DNA of 32,000 nt from an uncultured bacterium (lineage in GTDB: Bacteria; GCA-001730085). The notes beneath the pieces are model-generated. The model was not told the DNA's origin and ran no database searches. It saw only the letters and a list, made by a program, of their open reading frames with translations. Shown here in pieces: positions 29,188-32,000 of the stretch (the first letter of the stretch is position 1; every line of letters starts with the position of its first letter). The translations under genes and the position numbers were made by a program. Location: contig CAZMGY010000021.1 in assembly GCA_964565945.1 (NCBI GenBank), positions 150,001 to 182,000 on the forward strand. Reading direction: 5' to 3'.

Positions 29188-29559
29188 ATGGATGAATACA
29201 GTAGGTCGATTCTTAAATGTTCAGGGGCTGTGGTGGCATTGGGTGTGTTGGTGTCGATGATGTGTGTGGGGGTAGATGCTTTAGAAGGGTGGTTGGCTGG
29301 TTCGCTCTTAAGTTTTCTGATAATGTGGGTTTGGATGAAGCGTATTCAGAAGGCAATTGAGGTAGAGCATATAACACCCAAAAAAGCCTTTACATTCTTT
29401 TTCTTTACTTATATTATGGTGTATTCTTTGATAGGTATACTATTACATGGGGCGATTAAAAAGGGATTGGTCTTTGGGGGCGCTTTTGTTTTGGGGTTAT
29501 TCTGTGTTAAGGTAGCTATGATTTTAGACGCGTTAATCAAACGGATAAGGCAAGCATAA
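29188..29559 (+). CDS. atpI: ATP synthase protein I-like membrane protein
   Basis: 123 aa with 4 predicted transmembrane segments, located immediately upstream of the F0 genes. The call rests on position and topology, and sequence similarity was not verifiable by eye. Confidence 0.5.
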   Translation: MDEYSRSILKCSGAVVALGVLVSMMCVGVDALEGWLAGSLLSFLIMWVWMKRIQKAIEVEHITPKKAFTFFFFTYIMVYSLIGILLHGAIKKGLVFGGAFVLGLFCVKVAMILDALIKRIRQA

Positions 29560-29563
29560 ATAG

Positions 29564-29815
29564 ATGGAAAAAGTTGAGTTTTTACGTCTTGTTTCTTTCT
29601 TGGGAGCCGCTTTATGTCTAGGGCTCGGAGCGATTGGTCCTGCAATTGGCGCAGGCATTGTGGGTGCTAAAGGTTTGCAAGCTATGGGAAAACGTGAAGA
29701 AACCCGTTCAGTGGTTATGAAAATTATGCTGGTGGCGATGGCAATTGCGAGTAGCAGTGGTATTTATGCTTTGGTTGTCGGTGTCTTGTTACTTTACTTA
29801 GAAGGAGGCGCGTAA
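29564..29815 (+). CDS. F0 c-subunit paralogue lacking the ion-binding carboxylates
   Basis: 83-aa helical hairpin: LGAALCLGLGAIGPAIGAGIVGAKGLQAMGKREETRSVVMKIMLVAMAIASSSGIYALVVGVLLLY. It aligns without gaps to AtpE at 30628-30930, with about 29 of 66 positions identical by eye. GLGEG becomes AIGAG, RQPE becomes KREE, and AMAETTG becomes AIASSSG. The reading frame is intact, with 4-5 nt gaps to both neighbouring genes. Confidence 0.7.
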   Translation: MEKVEFLRLVSFLGAALCLGLGAIGPAIGAGIVGAKGLQAMGKREETRSVVMKIMLVAMAIASSSGIYALVVGVLLLYLEGGA

Positions 29816-29820
29816 GCTTC

Positions 29821-30594
29821 ATGAGTGTTGGTGAAGTTCAAAAAGCAATTCTGACTCTACCTGTTCTCGGTCCTTTAGAAATAAATATTGTTACTTGGCG
29901 GATGTTGAGCATCGTTTTTGTTTTGATGGCGATTGGAGCATTTATGTTGGGGCGCAAAATTCAAATGGTGCCCAATCGCAAACAAGCCTTTCTCGAGATG
30001 GTCATTGGTGAGTTTTATAGCATGGTTGAAGGATCCCTGGGAGAACGTGCTAAGTGTTATTATCCTTTGATTGCCAGTATTTTTTTGTTTGTTTTGGTGT
30101 CTAACTTGGTTGGGATTATTCCTGGGATGATGAGCCCTACCGAGGATTTGAATGTCTGTTTATCCCTAGCTTTGGTCGTGTTTATTGTGGCACATAGTTC
30201 GGGAATTATGAAAAAAGGTTTATGGGGTTACATTAAGGGGTATGGTGAACCCTTTATTTTTATGGCGCCACTAAATATCATGGGCGAAATAGGGCAAACC
30301 TTGTCGCACTGTTTTCGTTTGTTTGGGAATATGTTTGGTGGGGGTGTTATTTTTACTCTAATCCCTACCGTTGTGTTTAGCACCATCAGTGCTTTTGGTG
30401 GAAAGGATATGTCTAATGTTGTTTTTTCTCAGATGGGGCTCTCGGGAGGCATTATATATGCCTTGGCGGCCCCGGTGATTGCGCTTTTGTATTTTGTGGC
30501 GTATGCTTTTTTTGGTTTGCTCGCTGGCTTTGTTCAATCCTTTGTGTTTGCGATGCTTGCCACAACATACATTGCAATGCAGGTTGAAGATTAA
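29821..30594 (+). CDS. atpB: F0 ATP synthase subunit a
   Basis: 257 aa, polytopic. Contains the conserved essential-Arg region LSHCFRLFGNMFGG and C-terminal FVQSFVFAMLATTYI. AGGAGG SD upstream. Confidence 0.93.
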   Translation: MSVGEVQKAILTLPVLGPLEINIVTWRMLSIVFVLMAIGAFMLGRKIQMVPNRKQAFLEMVIGEFYSMVEGSLGERAKCYYPLIASIFLFVLVSNLVGIIPGMMSPTEDLNVCLSLALVVFIVAHSSGIMKKGLWGYIKGYGEPFIFMAPLNIMGEIGQTLSHCFRLFGNMFGGGVIFTLIPTVVFSTISAFGGKDMSNVVFSQMGLSGGIIYALAAPVIALLYFVAYAFFGLLAGFVQSFVFAMLATTYIAMQVED

Positions 30595-30612
30595 AATTGG
30601 TCAAACAAGTGA

Positions 30613-30930
<318 letters not shown>

Positions 30931-30954
30931 GCCAGATAAGGGAGTTCTGACGGC

Positions 30955-31440
30955 ATGGACATTAATTGGCCTACTATTCTATTGCAAACCTTAGGTTTTC
31001 TTCTATTGGTTGGTGTGCTGAAGAAATTTCTTTATGGTCCTATTTTGGAGGCTCTCGATAAAAGAAGGAGTGAAGCACAAAAAATGATGGATAGTGCGGA
31101 TCACCATCACTCCCAAGCGCAAGAAATGCTTCAAAAAGCCGAAGCTTCATTGCAAGATGCCAAAGAAGAGGCTTTGCAAATTTGCAATGAGGCACGTTCT
31201 TTAGCTAATCAACAAAAGGAATATCTGGTTGAGAAGGGGAAAAAAGATGCCACAATAATTCTTAAGCAAGCCCAGGATGACGTAGCCCACGAAGTGAAAA
31301 AAGCGAAAGAAGAATTGAAGGCAGAGGTGGCGCAAGTGGCGGTAACCATTTCGGAAAAATTGTTAATGCGTGAAGTGTCTCCCGAAGACCGTAAACGTTA
31401 TGTGACTGTGTATGCAAAGGAAGTTGAAGAGAACTTATGA
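30955..31440 (+). CDS. atpF: F0 ATP synthase subunit b
   Basis: 161 aa. One N-terminal transmembrane segment (ILLQTLGFLLLVGVLKKFLYGPI...LD.R), then a long charged helix, in the canonical operon position. Confidence 0.88.
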   Translation: MDINWPTILLQTLGFLLLVGVLKKFLYGPILEALDKRRSEAQKMMDSADHHHSQAQEMLQKAEASLQDAKEEALQICNEARSLANQQKEYLVEKGKKDATIILKQAQDDVAHEVKKAKEELKAEVAQVAVTISEKLLMREVSPEDRKRYVTVYAKEVEENL

Positions 31441-31964
31441 GCTTAAGTGTTGCTCGCAAATATGCCTTAGCTTTGTTTCAAAATACAGAAGATCAAACTG
31501 ATCGTATTTTAAGAGATTTTGAAATGCTCAAAGAGGTTCTTGATCAAGATGATCAGTTGGTTCTTTTTTTGAACCATCCTAAATTGGATGTGATGGAAAA
31601 AAAATTACTATTCTCCAACTTGCTCACAAAAATGGATGTGATGGAACCTTTTAAAGCGTTAATGTTTATTTTGGTGAACAAGCGTCGTTTTGCCCTTGTC
31701 CGTTTGGTTATGTCGGCGTTTGACAATTTGGTGCGTGAGCAAAACAGTATCGTGCGAGGCGAGATTGAATCCATGGCAAGAGAAGACTTAGATCAAGTTA
31801 AGGTGATATTTGAACGTAAATTGAATACAAAAATTGACTGGTTCCACCAAGAAAATAATACGGTGATTGCAGGCTTTCGTATTCGTATTGAAGATACATC
31901 TTATGATGCCACACTGTCCCAACAGTTGAAACAAATGAAAAGCAAATTAGTCCACCCAATGTAG
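31437..31964 (+). CDS. atpH: F1 ATP synthase subunit delta (OSCP)
   Basis: 175 aa. N-terminus VARKYALALFQ and C-terminal ...GF.I.I.D...D.TL...L..M. Overlaps the atpF stop (ATGA) and precedes atpA. Confidence 0.85.
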   Translation: MSLSVARKYALALFQNTEDQTDRILRDFEMLKEVLDQDDQLVLFLNHPKLDVMEKKLLFSNLLTKMDVMEPFKALMFILVNKRRFALVRLVMSAFDNLVREQNSIVRGEIESMAREDLDQVKVIFERKLNTKIDWFHQENNTVIAGFRIRIEDTSYDATLSQQLKQMKSKLVHPM

Positions 31965-31977
31965 TGAGGTTATAGTC

Positions 31978-32000
31978 ATGAATATCAAAACAGAAGAATT
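31978..32000 (+). CDS. atpA: F1 ATP synthase alpha subunit, first 7 codons only (window edge)
   Basis: ATG at 31978 with GTGAGG upstream. MNIKTEE... matches the usual alpha N-terminus (M.ik.eEIs..I), and it sits after atpH. Confidence 0.6.

Overview
This window is the replication-origin neighbourhood of a moderately AT-rich bacterium. The lineage cannot be assigned from this window alone.

**Gene layout.** Gene orientation diverges around 15.7-17.5 kb.
- Leftward, on the minus strand: fur, then rpmH-rnpA-yidD-yidC-mnmE. A plus-strand Na+/dicarboxylate-type symporter follows, then HAD-lysS-lolC/E-lolD with overlapping stop/start codons. Beyond that lie a lysine-rich tandem-repeat histone-H1/Hc2-like gene, pilT, and a zinc-ribbon Ser/Thr kinase with a C-terminal FGE-sulfatase domain.
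- Rightward, on the plus strand: dnaA, a DnaA-box cluster, dnaN, a DUF721-like gene, gyrB, gyrA and ndk, then mnmG-parA-parB. The F-type ATP synthase operon follows directly: atpZ-like, atpI-like, an extra c-like gene, atpB, atpE, atpF, atpH and the first codons of atpA.
- I saw no rRNA, tRNA or CRISPR array.

**Non-housekeeping content.** It consists only of rearrangement scars.
- Two internally deleted copies of one IS3-family element, 370 bp and 672 bp, keep recognisable terminal inverted repeats. One ends 2 nt from the HAD start codon.
- The 672-bp copy carries a 40-nt patch that matches parA 39/40 in inverted orientation.
- A truncated, frameshifted IS1380-family transposase fragment lies next to the 370-bp copy.
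- At the window start, a decayed atpA fragment is joined to an N-terminally truncated atpG on the strand opposite the real atp operon.

**Main candidates for follow-up.**
- An intact c-subunit paralogue inside the atp operon has lost both ion-binding carboxylates.
- The canonical c subunit carries a two-carboxylate, Na+-type binding signature.
- The atp relic lies at roughly mirror-image distance from the origin relative to the intact operon.

I found no convincing new multi-gene system such as a defence, toxin or secretion system. All similarity calls were made by eye and need database confirmation.
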